In this document: positions 29,742 to 38,308 of the stretch, piece after piece
Numbering within the stretch: position 1 is the stretch's first letter
How the letters are laid out: the number at the start of each line of letters is the position of its first letter
Source: Polaromonas sp. YR568
GTDB lineage: Bacteria; Pseudomonadota; Gammaproteobacteria; Burkholderiales; Burkholderiaceae_C
Assembly (NCBI RefSeq): GCF_943371715.1
Contig: NZ_CALRVW010000021.1
Span: 2,254 to 66,253 of the forward strand
Length of the DNA: 64,000 nucleotides
Reading direction: 5' to 3'
Notes under the pieces: model-generated
Told to the model about the DNA's origin: nothing
The model's database searches: none
What the model saw: the letters and a program-made list of their open reading frames with translations, nothing else
Translations under genes and position numbers: made by a program

Positions 29742-31076
29742 TCAGGGCATCTTCTGCACCTGGAGCACCAGCAGAATCTGCGTTTTGCTGTTGTCGCTGG
29801 CCTGGCTCTTTGTCCAGGAGGGAAGGAACGCGAAGCCGTTGCTATCGTTCGAGGCCTTGTCCTCATCCAGTCCACCAATCACGATCAAATCGCCGTCGGC
29901 AGCGCCTATGCTGGTCGATATCTCCCGCTTGATGAGCGTCGGGCTGTTGTTGACGCCGGTAGTTGTGGCCACGAAGCTGGAGAGCTGCTGTGAAATGGCC
30001 AAGTCAATGACGCTGTCGCGGATCTGCGGCTTGATATCGAAGATAGAGCCGCTCGGCTTGTATTCGATGGACTGGACAGGGTTGCCGTTCTTGTCGAGCT
30101 GGACCGCGCCGAGGACAGGCACATCAGAGCCAACACTAAACCGAGCCGACGCGCCGCTTTTGACGCGCAGCGAGGGGTTGCTGACGGACTTGAAGCGGGC
30201 ATCGGTGGACAGCGCAGAAAACACGGCGTCGATCTGTGCGTTTTTGAAGCTCACGGTGCTGCCGACCAAGGTCTGACCGAAGGTCAGCCCAAAACGGCCT
30301 TTGAGGATGCTGACAGCGAGATTAAAGGCACTGCCCTCCTTCATGCTGGTGGTGACCTCGTAGACCATGCCTTTGACAAACACCTCAGGAACAGGGGTGT
30401 CCACCTGGGCCAGCAGCTTTTGCAGCAGGGCAATTTCCTTTTCTGTGCCCTCGAAAAGGAAGCTATCGGTCTCGCCCTTGTCGATCTGGGCCGTGGCGCT
30501 AGTGCTGGACTCTTGGCCCTGCCTCTGCCTTTGGGCTGGAGATGGAGGCGCGGTAGCGGCGGGTGCGGCCGTGGGCATGCCCAGGGGGACGGGTTGAATC
30601 AGCTGGCTTGACTGGGTGTCGGCAGCGCGGATATTTCTTTGCACGCTGAATCGGCCAGTTTTGAAGAGAGAGGACGTGATATCCATGAGAGAGCTGACCG
30701 GGCGGTATTTAGCACGGTAGAAAAATATCTCTTTGTCGGGCACTTCCCCAAGTTGGGGAACGTGGGGACGCAGGAACACATACCCGCGCTTTTGTTCGAC
30801 GACGACACCGACACCGGCCAACAGATCGACCATGAAGGTGGACAGCTTGCCCTGGTCAAAATCTCCCTGGAAGTGGACGGTGACTTGCTTAGGCAATTCG
30901 ACCAGGTCAGGGTGCACCGCGAAATTGGTTTTGAGAATGTCGCCATACACAAAATTGACCAGGGTGACGACTGAGATTTTGTCGAAATTGAGGTTGATTG
31001 CTTTGTCGTTGACAGTGGGCGCAGCGGCGGCCAGCGAGGCCAAGAAGAGCCAGAGCAGCGGAAGTAACTTTTTCAT
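29742..31076 (-). CDS. Phage secretin (pIV/GspD-like)
   Basis: Signal peptide, N0/N3 domains, VDTPVPEVFVKG, SNPSLRVKSG.SARFSVGSDVPV. Confidence 0.93.
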   Translation of the reverse strand: MKKLLPLLWLFLASLAAAAPTVNDKAINLNFDKISVVTLVNFVYGDILKTNFAVHPDLVELPKQVTVHFQGDFDQGKLSTFMVDLLAGVGVVVEQKRGYVFLRPHVPQLGEVPDKEIFFYRAKYRPVSSLMDITSSLFKTGRFSVQRNIRAADTQSSQLIQPVPLGMPTAAPAATAPPSPAQRQRQGQESSTSATAQIDKGETDSFLFEGTEKEIALLQKLLAQVDTPVPEVFVKGMVYEVTTSMKEGSAFNLAVSILKGRFGLTFGQTLVGSTVSFKNAQIDAVFSALSTDARFKSVSNPSLRVKSGASARFSVGSDVPVLGAVQLDKNGNPVQSIEYKPSGSIFDIKPQIRDSVIDLAISQQLSSFVATTTGVNNSPTLIKREISTSIGAADGDLIVIGGLDEDKASNDSNGFAFLPSWTKSQASDNSKTQILLVLQVQKMP

Positions 31077-32128
31077 TTTCTGGCATCCGGTAAGAGCGTG
31101 GTGGCGTCGGGCGAGCCGGTGTAGTTGGCAAGCAATTTGCCATCAAGAGAGCCATAGGCCCGCAGGGCGTCGTAATAAAAACCGCGGGGGTTCATGAGGG
31201 TACGGACGGCCTGACCGCGGGTGATGATGACGTAGTGGTCTGGGCCGAAGCTGTAATGACCCACGACGCGCCAATCGGATTCACCGGGCTCAGCGCGGGG
31301 CGGCGCAGCACCAGGCAGGCCAGGAGCTGTCACGGCAGCGCCTGGTGAGGGCTTGGGCGGCGGCGGGTGAAAGAAGCGCCACAGGCCCCACACGGAGAAG
31401 CCGAAGAACAGAAGCATCAAGGGCAGGCCGATGGTGAACATCGCGCCTTTGAGCATATTGGCGCGGTCATCGATGGCGACTTCGTTGCCGCTTTGCCCGC
31501 CGCCCTGGCTGTAGGAGCGGTAGAGCTCGAAAATTTCTTTGTTGTACTTGCGCTGCAGGGAGCGGTAGGGGTTGCGAACCTTGACGCGGGCGTAGATATC
31601 GACGCGGTAGCGTGTGGTCAGGCCGAGCGCCTTGAGCTTGGTCATGACGTAGGTGTTTTCTACGACCGCTTTCAACTTGCGGTCAAGGTCACCAATGTCC
31701 TGGACGACCAGGACGATATCGCAGGTTACCGAGGTTTCAGGATTCATGAAATGCCGGTGCATCCGGAAAAATTCCATGTGCGCAAGGGGCATCTTGCCGC
31801 CGCTGGGCCAGAAGCGCCAGCACTCATCAATCACGACCAGATCGCCGCCCTGCACAACCGGCAGCACATCCGCTGGGAGGCCTTTGCCGTCCTCAGGCGG
31901 GAAGAAAAACGGTTTGGTGACGTCTTCGTGCTTGATCTGGACAATGGTTCCGATCTTGGACGCATCCGCGCCAGATTTGACCAGGTAGGCGGTTATCTCG
32001 GCCACCTGCAAATTGGAAACGTTGGTGACAACGCGGCGACCGGCGATCAGGGCCGGAAGGATAACGTTCTCAACAACTTCGTAGGACTTGCCGGAGCCCA
32101 TCAGACCGGTGTAGGCGTTGATTGCCAT
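31073..32128 (-). CDS. Zot-like assembly ATPase (pI)
   Basis: AYTGLMGSGKS Walker A, LVVIDECWRFW Walker B, HRH, single TM near aa 240. Confidence 0.96.
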   Translation of the reverse strand: MAINAYTGLMGSGKSYEVVENVILPALIAGRRVVTNVSNLQVAEITAYLVKSGADASKIGTIVQIKHEDVTKPFFFPPEDGKGLPADVLPVVQGGDLVVIDECWRFWPSGGKMPLAHMEFFRMHRHFMNPETSVTCDIVLVVQDIGDLDRKLKAVVENTYVMTKLKALGLTTRYRVDIYARVKVRNPYRSLQRKYNKEIFELYRSYSQGGGQSGNEVAIDDRANMLKGAMFTIGLPLMLLFFGFSVWGLWRFFHPPPPKPSPGAAVTAPGLPGAAPPRAEPGESDWRVVGHYSFGPDHYVIITRGQAVRTLMNPRGFYYDALRAYGSLDGKLLANYTGSPDATTLLPDARK

Positions 32129-32130
32129 GG

Positions 32131-32427
32131 TCAGCCGATGACGGGAATGCGGCGGATCAGGAAACGCGCCACATGGGCGGATATGAGCAGCGGCAGGCCG
32201 ATATCGAGGGCGAAGAAGTCCAGGAAGAACCAGACGCCGGAGGGAATGCCGGCAAAGGCGCTGGTCAGACCGCCCGGGCTGATAAAGGCGCCGAGGTACT
32301 CAATGACAAGAGGTGCAAGCTCTGACACCAGGGCGAACACAGCGCCGAGTACAACGGCCTTGATAACCACGTCCTTGATGACCCATGAAGCGATGGACCA
32401 GGCGATGCCAGCAAGAGGTAAAGGCAT
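32131..32427 (-). CDS. Minor coat protein pVI-like (DUF2523-like)
   Basis: 98 aa hydrophobic, ends RFLIRRIPVIG, sits between pIII and pI. Confidence 0.85.
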   Translation of the reverse strand: MPLPLAGIAWSIASWVIKDVVIKAVVLGAVFALVSELAPLVIEYLGAFISPGGLTSAFAGIPSGVWFFLDFFALDIGLPLLISAHVARFLIRRIPVIG

Positions 32428-32429
32428 GG

Positions 32430-33872
32430 TCAGGCTTTCAGGACGATGAACATGGCCGACAGGGTGAAGGCGGCAGTCATGACGGCACGCAGCTGGCCGA
32501 AGTGGTCTTCGACGAGCTGGCAGTGGGCATCAATGACGAAGGTGCGGTTGTTCCAATCGAAGGAGCTTGTCGGGCAACTGGATGAGTGCGCGGGCAGGCT
32601 CCAGCCGAGCAAACCGCCGAAGGGGCCATTTGCGTTTTTGTTCAGGCCTACGCCTTTGATGTCGGCTCCGGTTTTGGCTTGCGGATCGGAAGGGGTGGAC
32701 GAATCGCCCGTGAGAAAGTCCTTGATCTGGGTCAGGAGTCCTTTGTTGGCCTGCTGGGTAGACTCGCAGGCATCGCCGTTTGCGCAACTGCCTCCGCCCG
32801 TTCCAGTGCCACTGCCGGTGCCTGTCCCTGTACCGGTTCCCGTACCGCCGCCAGTGCCTCCACCAGTGCCTCCGATGCTGATAGAAAGGCCTTGGCCGGC
32901 GTTGCTTGATGCACCGTTGCCTAGGGTGTCGGAGATGAGGACATTGTCTGTACCAGGAACGCGTGTACCGGTCTGGTCGTAGGAGGAAACGACGACGCCC
33001 GTCGCGGTGGTTGCAGCGCCGCCGGAGGTGGTGACATTGAGCTCAGCGGATTGCGCGACGGTCACGGAACCGTCAGAGGCGCGGGTCACAACGAGGTTCT
33101 TGCCAGAAGTGCCGGATGTGGTGGGCGCGAGCTGCTGGGACATGGTGTAGCCGCCGTCGGTGATGGTGGCGGTGGGCTTGGGCGCCGGATTGGATGCGGT
33201 GGCCGGGGGCGTGTATTGCCACTCGCCGGTAGCACCGCCAGCCGATGGAGCCCAGCCGCCAGTAGCGCCATCTCCTGCGAATTGACCGCCGCCACCTGGC
33301 ACAAATGATCCGTCCGGGTTGGTGGCAATAGAGGGCGTGGAAGTGTCACCGGGTGCGGGGGATGGCGTGGCATTGCTGGAGGGTTCGAGATTGACCGTGA
33401 GCGGCGGGGAGGATGCGTCTACAGCAGCTTGAGCGGTTGCGGGTGTGGGGGCATCAGCGCCCATCACGAGACTGGCAACTCCCAAATGCAGCGCGGCAGC
33501 AGCGAGCAATGGGACAACCAAACCTCCAGTACCGACAACAGCACCAGCAATCGCACCAGCAGCAAGCACCTTGGCTCCGATCTCTAAAGCCTTCTGCAAA
33601 GGAATAGGGCTTTGGGTTGCAGGCGGGGGATGAGGTGACAGGTTTAAGGATCCAACAGCGCAGGATTCGGGAGCGCCAGAAATGACCCGACAGGCGTAGC
33701 TGGGGTATGCGTCGAGAATTGAAGCGCAGGAATCGGTGCAAATAGTTCCAACGGCAGCAGCGTTGCCGGCGCAAACAAGAACATTACTGCCGCAGTAAAC
33801 ATCTGCGAACGCAGGGCGAGAGCACAAGAACACAACAGCGCAGCAAACGGCGGCTAAACGGCGGGAGGTCAT
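32430..33872 (-). CDS. Adsorption protein pIII-like
   Basis: Signal peptide ending AFA, Cys-rich N domain, Pro/Thr and GT-repeat linkers, C-terminal C..C domain plus TM; start taken as MTSRRL at 33872 (480 aa). Confidence 0.88.
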   Translation of the reverse strand: MTSRRLAAVCCAVVFLCSRPAFADVYCGSNVLVCAGNAAAVGTICTDSCASILDAYPSYACRVISGAPESCAVGSLNLSPHPPPATQSPIPLQKALEIGAKVLAAGAIAGAVVGTGGLVVPLLAAAALHLGVASLVMGADAPTPATAQAAVDASSPPLTVNLEPSSNATPSPAPGDTSTPSIATNPDGSFVPGGGGQFAGDGATGGWAPSAGGATGEWQYTPPATASNPAPKPTATITDGGYTMSQQLAPTTSGTSGKNLVVTRASDGSVTVAQSAELNVTTSGGAATTATGVVVSSYDQTGTRVPGTDNVLISDTLGNGASSNAGQGLSISIGGTGGGTGGGTGTGTGTGTGSGTGTGGGSCANGDACESTQQANKGLLTQIKDFLTGDSSTPSDPQAKTGADIKGVGLNKNANGPFGGLLGWSLPAHSSSCPTSSFDWNNRTFVIDAHCQLVEDHFGQLRAVMTAAFTLSAMFIVLKA

Positions 33873-33958
33873 AGACGCAAACCCGCGATAACGGCGCAGG
33901 CGCACACAACGCCGAATGCAAAAATTGACAGATTCCACAGATCGACGGCTGACGGCAT
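33869..33958 (-). CDS. Tiny minor coat protein (pIX/pVII-like), 29 aa
   Basis: MPSAVDLWNLSIFAFGVVCACAVIAGLRL, single TM, stop overlaps the pIII start. Confidence 0.65.
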   Translation of the reverse strand: MPSAVDLWNLSIFAFGVVCACAVIAGLRL

Positions 33959-33960
33959 GA

Positions 33961-34290
33961 TCAGATCCTTGGGGTACGGATTCGGTTTGACGATGAGCGG
34001 CCAGTGCGGCCCTCGAAGAGGAACAGGGCGCGGCGGGATTCCATGTCGACAAGATCGCCGCTGCGAACTTTTTGCTTGACTTCGCTCAGTGCGGTGAAGT
34101 AGTCGTCTTTGTCCCACCACCTGCCGCCGTAGTAGACCTGACCGCGAACCATGCCGAGGACTTGGCGAACTGCAAAGATGGTGACGAATACGCCCATGAG
34201 AACGACGCCACAGGCGAGGACGGCAACGGTTGTTGTGGAGAAATCGATTGCGGCCAGAATGGGCGCAAAGTTGGGAGCGACGGTAGCCAT
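33961..34290 (-). CDS. Major-coat paralog with ~60-aa C-terminal extension
   Basis: Ungapped 16/46 identity to mature pVIII, shared 14-bp DNA block; AGGA RBS. Confidence 0.75.
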   Translation of the reverse strand: MATVAPNFAPILAAIDFSTTTVAVLACGVVLMGVFVTIFAVRQVLGMVRGQVYYGGRWWDKDDYFTALSEVKQKVRSGDLVDMESRRALFLFEGRTGRSSSNRIRTPRI

Positions 34291-34352
34291 GAGCATTCCT
34301 GGTGAAGGTGAGGACGTGGAGCGCAGCGCTACGCCCCACACCTGGTTAAAAC

Positions 34353-34637
34353 TTAACCGCGCTTGACCATGCCCAGCACGAGCTGGGAAGCCTTCACCAC
34401 GATGTACACAACCATCAACGAGCCGGCGACCAGCAGGAGCGCAGCAATCGCTGTGGAGAAATCGACTTCATTGGTCAAACCGCTCATATCGGGGGGCACG
34501 GCCAGAGCGGGCGTTGCAGCGGTCAGCGCGAGAGAACCGGCACCAACAACAGCGGCCACGCGAACGGATGCGCCGGAGAAGGCGCTGGAGACAGCAGCAA
34601 CGGCAGCAAGGGCGAACACCATAATTTTCTTGAACAT
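34353..34637 (-). CDS. Major coat protein pVIII precursor
   Basis: Leader ending ALA, ~48-aa mature peptide with acidic N-terminus, TM helix and basic C-terminus (VKRG); GAAAGGA RBS. Confidence 0.88.
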   Translation of the reverse strand: MFKKIMVFALAAVAAVSSAFSGASVRVAAVVGAGSLALTAATPALAVPPDMSGLTNEVDFSTAIAALLLVAGSLMVVYIVVKASQLVLGMVKRG

Positions 34638-34711
34638 TTTGCGAGGTCCTTTCGAGACACTAAGTCCGGGAAACTGCCCGGCCAGATTCGTCGATAAACG
34701 AATGTGTTACG

Positions 34712-35086
34712 TCAAAACTCCCTGACGGCTTTGACGACCAACCCAATCACATGGGAGGAAAAATAGAGCAGCATCACGCCTGTGAAACCGAAGGCCCAAA
34801 AGGAACCGAGGGCGGCGTAGTCGTAGGACTCTGCGGGGGTGGTGCTGGCGGTTGTTGTAGGTGGTTCGCAGACCTGCAAGATCGGCCAGACCTGTGAGCT
34901 GTACGACCAGTGGCAATCGTTTTGCGTGGACCCTGCGTAAAAAATCGAACCAGGCGAACCGTTGTTAATTGCCAAATTTAGGCAAGCCTCTGCGGGAGTG
35001 TTGCCCGTCGCGCCGGGAAGGTTGGCGACGATAGAGGCATGCGCGATCTTGTACGGCTTTTGGTTTTCAGTGCAGGTCGGGAGCAT
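34712..35086 (-). CDS. Minor coat protein (pVII-like) with Cys-containing N-terminal domain
   Basis: C-terminal YDYAALGSFWAFGF..TM..KAVREF; position between the ssDNA-binding and coat genes. Confidence 0.65.
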   Translation of the reverse strand: MLPTCTENQKPYKIAHASIVANLPGATGNTPAEACLNLAINNGSPGSIFYAGSTQNDCHWSYSSQVWPILQVCEPPTTTASTTPAESYDYAALGSFWAFGFTGVMLLYFSSHVIGLVVKAVREF

Positions 35087-35159
35087 GGCGCAGTGATTCG
35101 GGTGTTGTTTGCGTGTGAACGAATTCAGTAGCGCCCTTGGGAGGCGCTGGAAAATTCGA

Positions 35160-35501
35160 TCAGGCGGCTTTAAGTTGCGCGGCTTCGGAACGCCCGCGTT
35201 GAGATGCAGACTCCATCGGGCGGGCGCTCATCACGACTTCCTTGCTTTCGGAGCCGTTGGAGACTCGCTCGACCTCGAGCTTTGCCACGAAGGGGTAAGG
35301 CAGGTGCTGCATCGAGAACACCGAAGCGGCATTCGGCATCTTCCACTCCTCGACGCACTCGCCGCCTTTGAAGTTCTTGCCGTCCTCGTTGTTTTTCGTG
35401 GCGAGCTTGACGCGGGTGTAGAGCGTGCCGCTGTCAATTTCTTTGCCGTCGATGTTGCCTTTGAAGGCTTTCATGCCGATAACTTCAACTGTGAGTTCCA
35501 T
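35160..35501 (-). CDS. ssDNA-binding protein (pV-like)
   Basis: 113 aa, beta-rich (VIGMKAFKGNIDG), directly after Rep. Confidence 0.8.
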   Translation of the reverse strand: MELTVEVIGMKAFKGNIDGKEIDSGTLYTRVKLATKNNEDGKNFKGGECVEEWKMPNAASVFSMQHLPYPFVAKLEVERVSNGSESKEVVMSARPMESASQRGRSEAAQLKAA

Positions 35502-36720
35502 TTAATTTCCTTGTGATTGCGGGCAGCTCGTACCATTCAGGTTGAGACGCAGGGCCGAGCCGGATTACCCTGGTTTTCATTTTGAGAGGGACTACGTTGC
35601 TTTTGATGGCTATGTCGCAGCCATACGGGAGCAGCTCCTTTCTGTGACGGAAGAACGTTGCGCGGGACAGCTTCTCAGGCAGCGCATCACCGGCCTGCCA
35701 CATGCGATAGGTGGACAGCAAGTGCTTCGGCAATTCCGTGATTTCCTCGACCTCGGCGGATGCACGCGTGAATACTTCACAGGCTTTTTCAAATTCGATT
35801 TCAAGCTGTTTCATGTCATAGCCTCCGAGGTAGTTGCACCCCAACGCGTGCAGCTTTGTGGACTTGACGGTTAGCTCAGCACGGACCAACCCCACTTCAT
35901 CGCACCAGTCAGCCAGCTTCAACAGGTAGTCATTCGACGGTGGCTGTTTGCGTAGTGACGGATCAACATCGAGCAGTCCAGGAAGGTGCGGAATTGTTCG
36001 CGGTGCCTTGGCTCCTGAGATGTGTTTGCGAAGCTCTGGGCCTTTGCTGTAGACCTTGAAATACATGTTGCGGGAACCACGGCCAAAATCGACGGTTTCG
36101 CCGTCACCAATGGTTTGCGTCTTGATCCGGCTGGCTTGCTGACCTGCCAGAAACCGCATGAAGTGATACGCGTTTTCCTTGGAACCGGTGACGAAGTTTT
36201 GCGTGATGTCCACCCGCGTGACGCGTGCGCCGGTCCACACGCTGCGGGGATTGCCTTTGAAATTCGTCATGAACCGGTCGCCCTCGGTGAACGCTGGCAA
36301 TCCAAGTTCTGAGAGGATGTTGTTGATCTGGCCGATGCACTGGATGAAGCTGTAGCCGAAGACGTTGTCGGGCCGTCCGAACTTGGAAACGTTGCCGTCG
36401 AACCGGACCGTGTCACCGTCACACCGGATAAAAATCGCGGACTCGTGCGAGCCTTCGACCTTGACGCTTTTGAGGGTAGTGGTCACAACTTCACCGTTTT
36501 TGTCGATACGCAGCACAGCGCCGTCGGCAAAGCGTGGAAGGTTTCCGCCGTGTTGCTGGTAGATCGAAATCCAGTCACAGAAGCCGACCATCTGGGCTTT
36601 TGTGGCTGGACTGACTCGCCATTTTTCGGCAAGTCTTGGAAACAATTGCCGGACATCCGGAACGTGGCCGGGAAGCTGGTTTGTCTCACCGGTGAGACTA
36701 GATTGACGTGTTACTAGCAC
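35485..36720 (-). CDS. Rolling-circle replication initiator (gene II/X, Phage_CRI-like)
   Basis: FCDWISI, DGNVSKFGRPDNVFG, VTRVDITQNF, YFKVYSKGPEL, VRAELTV. Confidence 0.9.
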   Translation of the reverse strand: MLVTRQSSLTGETNQLPGHVPDVRQLFPRLAEKWRVSPATKAQMVGFCDWISIYQQHGGNLPRFADGAVLRIDKNGEVVTTTLKSVKVEGSHESAIFIRCDGDTVRFDGNVSKFGRPDNVFGYSFIQCIGQINNILSELGLPAFTEGDRFMTNFKGNPRSVWTGARVTRVDITQNFVTGSKENAYHFMRFLAGQQASRIKTQTIGDGETVDFGRGSRNMYFKVYSKGPELRKHISGAKAPRTIPHLPGLLDVDPSLRKQPPSNDYLLKLADWCDEVGLVRAELTVKSTKLHALGCNYLGGYDMKQLEIEFEKACEVFTRASAEVEEITELPKHLLSTYRMWQAGDALPEKLSRATFFRHRKELLPYGCDIAIKSNVVPLKMKTRVIRLGPASQPEWYELPAITRKLNGTHS

Positions 36721-36727
36721 GTCAATC
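36683..36727. other. Putative double-strand replication origin (twin hairpins)
   Basis: Perfect palindrome GTCTCACCGGTGAGAC (36683-36698) next to a 10-bp stem GATTGACGTG-TTACTAG-CACGTCAATC (36701-36727) at the rep start. Confidence 0.7.
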
Positions 36728-37067
36728 CTTTTTGACCTTCGGCAGCGATCGCGGTTGCCTCCGGCTTCGCTTCGCTCCAGGCGGGGGCAACCGGTACGCA
36801 GCTACAGGTTTTGCCGCCGCATGCGATCACGTTGCGGACTGGAACCGTAATGCGGGTTTGTTCAGGCCAAAGGGTTTCAACTGTCCAGCAGTTGGGGCCA
36901 CCAGGAACGGTATAGGCGTCTTTTATGACGGCGCAGTACACCACCATGCCGCGCTTGGCTAAAACGTGCTGGGCATGCACATGGCGAAGCTGAGCAGCGT
37001 CATAGCAACGCCGGAAGTGTTCTTCGTAGGTATACGGCTCGGATGAAATTGAGGGCTTCAGGCTCAT
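36714..37067 (-). CDS. Phage hypothetical protein, Cys-rich, 117 aa
   Basis: Overlapping start/stop coupling with both neighbours. Confidence 0.65.
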   Translation of the reverse strand: MSLKPSISSEPYTYEEHFRRCYDAAQLRHVHAQHVLAKRGMVVYCAVIKDAYTVPGGPNCWTVETLWPEQTRITVPVRNVIACGGKTCSCVPVAPAWSEAKPEATAIAAEGQKGLTC

Positions 37068-37381
37068 GCGTTCACCTGACCAAATGAGGATTTCCCCATG
37101 TTGAAGAATTGGAGGGATGCGAGTACACCAGGCACAAGGTCCAGCAGATCGAGCTGGTTGACCTGGTGGGGTGTTCCCCGAGTTGGGGAGGGGATCGAGT
37201 GAAAGGAGGTGCAGATCCCGCCGCTAGTGACTTCAACCGAGTACCTGGAGCAGTACGGACGCGGCGGCAGGCCTATGCCGTTTTCTGGCTGGGCGTCGGT
37301 GAGGTACCTACAGTTCCTGCACCCGGTGCGGTCTTTGGGGGAGAGGTAGCCGATTTCGGCGTGGCGAGCGACTAGTCTCAT
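37064..37381 (-). CDS. Phage hypothetical protein, possible 4-Cys zinc finger, 105 aa
   Basis: CRNC..YC..C pattern; ATGA coupling. Confidence 0.6.
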   Translation of the reverse strand: MRLVARHAEIGYLSPKDRTGCRNCRYLTDAQPENGIGLPPRPYCSRYSVEVTSGGICTSFHSIPSPTRGTPHQVNQLDLLDLVPGVLASLQFFNMGKSSFGQVNA

Positions 37382-37518
37382 TTACGCAGCCGCTCCAAGA
37401 AGGGCCAGAGGATGCGGTCACAAAAGACCATGCCAACAATGCATGAAGCGATGCCGACAACGACAAAGCAAAGCGTCAAAAATGCGCCCTGCCAATAGGT
37501 AATGCCGAGAAGACTCAT
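37378..37518 (-). CDS. 46-aa single-TM peptide
   Basis: MSLLGITYWQGAFLTLCFVVVGIASCIVGMVFCDRILWPFLERLRK; ATGA overlaps on both sides. Confidence 0.55.
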   Translation of the reverse strand: MSLLGITYWQGAFLTLCFVVVGIASCIVGMVFCDRILWPFLERLRK

Positions 37519-37646
37519 TCGCAGTGCTCCATGAGCGATGGCTCGACGATGAGAAAATAGATGACTTGGGCGGCAACTGTTAAAGCGAACGAAATGACGC
37601 AAAAACAAGGCAGCAGGACCCACAGAGCAAATTGCATAAAACTCAT
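37515..37646 (-). CDS. 43-aa single-TM peptide
   Basis: MSFMQFALWVLLPCFCVISFALTVAAQVIYFLIVEPSLMEHCE; stop coupled to the next gene; weak RBS. Confidence 0.45.
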   Translation of the reverse strand: MSFMQFALWVLLPCFCVISFALTVAAQVIYFLIVEPSLMEHCE

Positions 37647-37658
37647 CTGGAGGCACCC

Positions 37659-37820
37659 ATGGGGGAGTATTGGCAGCTGGTCGAAACGGTGGTCTGGTTC
37701 GCTTTTTTCGCGCTGGTGGCTTGCGTAGCAGCAGTCTTTGTGACGATCTGGCTGAAATGGGATTCGAACAACGAGACCGAAAGACACCCACCAGAGCGCA
37801 AAAGACGCAGACCGTTCTGA
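37659..37820 (+). CDS. 53-aa single-TM peptide with basic tail
   Basis: GGAGG RBS, TM then ERKRRRPF. Confidence 0.55.
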   Translation: MGEYWQLVETVVWFAFFALVACVAAVFVTIWLKWDSNNETERHPPERKRRRPF

Positions 37821-37946
37821 TGCGAACATTTGCGGTGCCCAGTCAGCCGAATCACTGGTAGAAGACCTAAGCCCAAACAGCCTCGTCGATCGAGAACGCA
37901 AGATCGACCGAAGGTAAGAATAAATTCAACAGAAATTGCAGAACAA

Positions 37947-38159
37947 ATGGACAAACAACTTGCCATGGGAATGGCTTTCGTGGCTTTTTTCTCCATCGCA
38001 TTCGCGGCTATGGGAATGTGGGTTGCGTACCTGGTAATCAAGGAAGCAATCAAAGTCGCTCTGATCGAATCAGGCTTACTTGATGCCCTGGACAAGATTG
38101 CTACCTGGCAGCCAAAAGACGAATCAAAAGGCAAATGGCCTGAGCTGCCCAAGCAGTGA
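37947..38159 (+). CDS. 70-aa single-TM peptide
   Basis: MDKQLAMGMAFVAFFSIAFAAMGMWVAYLVIKEAIK... Confidence 0.55.
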   Translation: MDKQLAMGMAFVAFFSIAFAAMGMWVAYLVIKEAIKVALIESGLLDALDKIATWQPKDESKGKWPELPKQ

Positions 38160-38308
38160 ATGCACGCCCCCAGCCCGAGAGATTCGACAGGTGGCACCCC
38201 ATCGGGCTCCCTTTCGTGGACTGGGGGAGTGCAAGCGGTGTAGCTCATCGCGCCTGCGGGTGAGCCTGTGTACGAGGTTATTGCCATGGAGTGCCATCCG
38301 GTTGAAGT

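Noticed and set aside
32430-35086. Diversity-generating retroelement or variable cassettes for tip proteins
   Set aside because: No reverse transcriptase and no template/variable repeat pair; the only repeats are the GT linker and the coat duplication.
34935-37390. Partial att-like matches (GCGTAAAA at 34935, CATTTACGC at 37379) suggesting an invertible segment or shufflon
   Set aside because: Neither has a second arm or the TT core; no paired inverted sites flank pIII.
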